From Vibrio cholerae ATCC 14035 (lineage in GTDB: Bacteria; Pseudomonadota; Gammaproteobacteria; Enterobacterales; Vibrionaceae), in contig NZ_JHXR01000019.1 in NCBI RefSeq assembly GCF_000621645.1, positions 30,001 through 62,000 on the forward strand: a stretch of DNA of 32,000 bases. The letters run 5' to 3'. Positions within the stretch are counted from its first letter, which is position 1, and every line of letters starts with the position of its first letter. Positions 31,071 through 32,000 of this stretch are shown here, in pieces. The position numbers and the translations under genes were made by a program. Under the pieces are notes generated by a model that searched no databases, had not been told where the DNA came from, and saw only the letters and a list, made by a program, of their open reading frames with translations.

Positions 31071-32000
31071 ATGCAACTTAATTCCACGGAAATTAGCGAT
31101 CTGATCAAACAACGTATTGAATCTTTCAACGTTGTTAGTGAAGCTCGCAACGAAGGTACTATCGTATCGGTAAGCGACGGTATCATTCGTATTCACGGCC
31201 TTGCAGATGTTATGCAAGGTGAAATGATTGAATTACCGGGCAACCGTTATGCACTGGCACTGAACCTTGAGCGTGACTCGGTCGGTGCGGTAGTAATGGG
31301 TCCATACGCGGATCTGCGTGAAGGCATGAAAGTAACAGGTACTGGCCGTATTTTGGAAGTTCCTGTTGGTCCTGAGCTGCTAGGTCGTGTAGTTAACACT
31401 CTGGGTGAGCCGATTGATGGTAAAGGCCCAATCGGTGCAAAACAGACTTCACCAGTTGAAGTGATCGCACCGGGTGTTATCGATCGTAAGTCGGTTGATC
31501 AACCTGTTCAAACTGGTTACAAATCAGTGGACTCGATGATTCCAATCGGCCGTGGCCAGCGTGAGCTGATCATCGGTGACCGTCAAACAGGTAAAACTGC
31601 GTTGGCGATTGATGCGATCATCAACCAGAAAAACTCTGGTATTTACTCTATCTATGTTGCTATCGGCCAGAAAGCGTCAACCATTGCGAACGTAGTTCGT
31701 AAATTGGAAGAGCACGGCGCACTGAAAAACACCATTGTTGTGGTGGCTTCAGCGTCTGAATCTGCTGCACTGCAATACCTCGCGCCTTACTCAGGCTGTG
31801 CGATGGGTGAATACTTCCGCGATCGCGGTGAAGATGCGCTGATTGTATACGATGACCTGTCTAAACAGGCTGTTGCTTACCGTCAAATCTCACTGCTTCT
31901 GCGTCGTCCACCAGGCCGTGAAGCTTTCCCTGGCGACGTTTTCTACCTCCACTCTCGTCTACTAGAGCGTGCCGCTCGTGTAAACGAAGAGTACGTAGAG
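31071..32000 (+). CDS. atpA: F0F1 ATP synthase subunit alpha, N-terminal 310 codons (runs off the window)
   Basis: Not in the ORF track because there is no stop in the window. Hand translation gives [19 protein letters not shown]...[28 protein letters not shown] (Walker A) ...[28 protein letters not shown]. Confidence 0.95.
   Translation, partial: MQLNSTEISDLIKQRIESFNVVSEARNEGTIVSVSDGIIRIHGLADVMQGEMIELPGNRYALALNLERDSVGAVVMGPYADLREGMKVTGTGRILEVPVGPELLGRVVNTLGEPIDGKGPIGAKQTSPVEVIAPGVIDRKSVDQPVQTGYKSVDSMIPIGRGQRELIIGDRQTGKTALAIDAIINQKNSGIYSIYVAIGQKASTIANVVRKLEEHGALKNTIVVVASASESAALQYLAPYSGCAMGEYFRDRGEDALIVYDDLSKQAVAYRQISLLLRRPPGREAFPGDVFYLHSRLLERAARVNEEYVE

Overview
This window is the replication-origin neighbourhood of a Vibrio chromosome 1. 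Protein sequences and gene order fit V. cholerae or a very close relative, but that assignment comes from memory, not a search. Gene order is ilvA(3' end)-acuI/yhdH-tusA-mneA-glyQS-avtA-ibpA-gyrB-recF-dnaN-dnaA, a polar amino-acid ABC operon, rpmH-rnpA-yidD-yidC-mnmE-mioC, oriC, then mnmG(gidA)-rsmG(gidB)-parA-parB-atpIBEFH and atpA(5' part). Almost all of it is conserved core genome with tight, intact ORFs. I found no tRNA/rRNA genes, CRISPR arrays, transposases, integrases or defence-like gene clusters, and no convincing candidate for a novel multi-gene system. Non-coding elements readable from the sequence are: an oriC with five DnaA boxes, 13 GATC sites and an AT-rich unwinding element; a yybP-ykoY-type Mn2+ riboswitch ahead of a UPF0016 exporter; a sigma32 promoter plus ROSE-like thermometer hairpin ahead of ibpA; an ERIC-like 124-bp imperfect palindrome; a GATC- and DnaA-box-dense dnaA promoter region; and many rho-independent terminators. 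The least characterised locus is a small minus-strand operon between gyrB and ibpA. It encodes a protein with a Gre/Rnk-like C-terminal domain, translationally coupled to a 38-aa lysine-rich ORF that falls below the ORF-track cutoff. Several ORF-track starts were trimmed to better-supported start codons.
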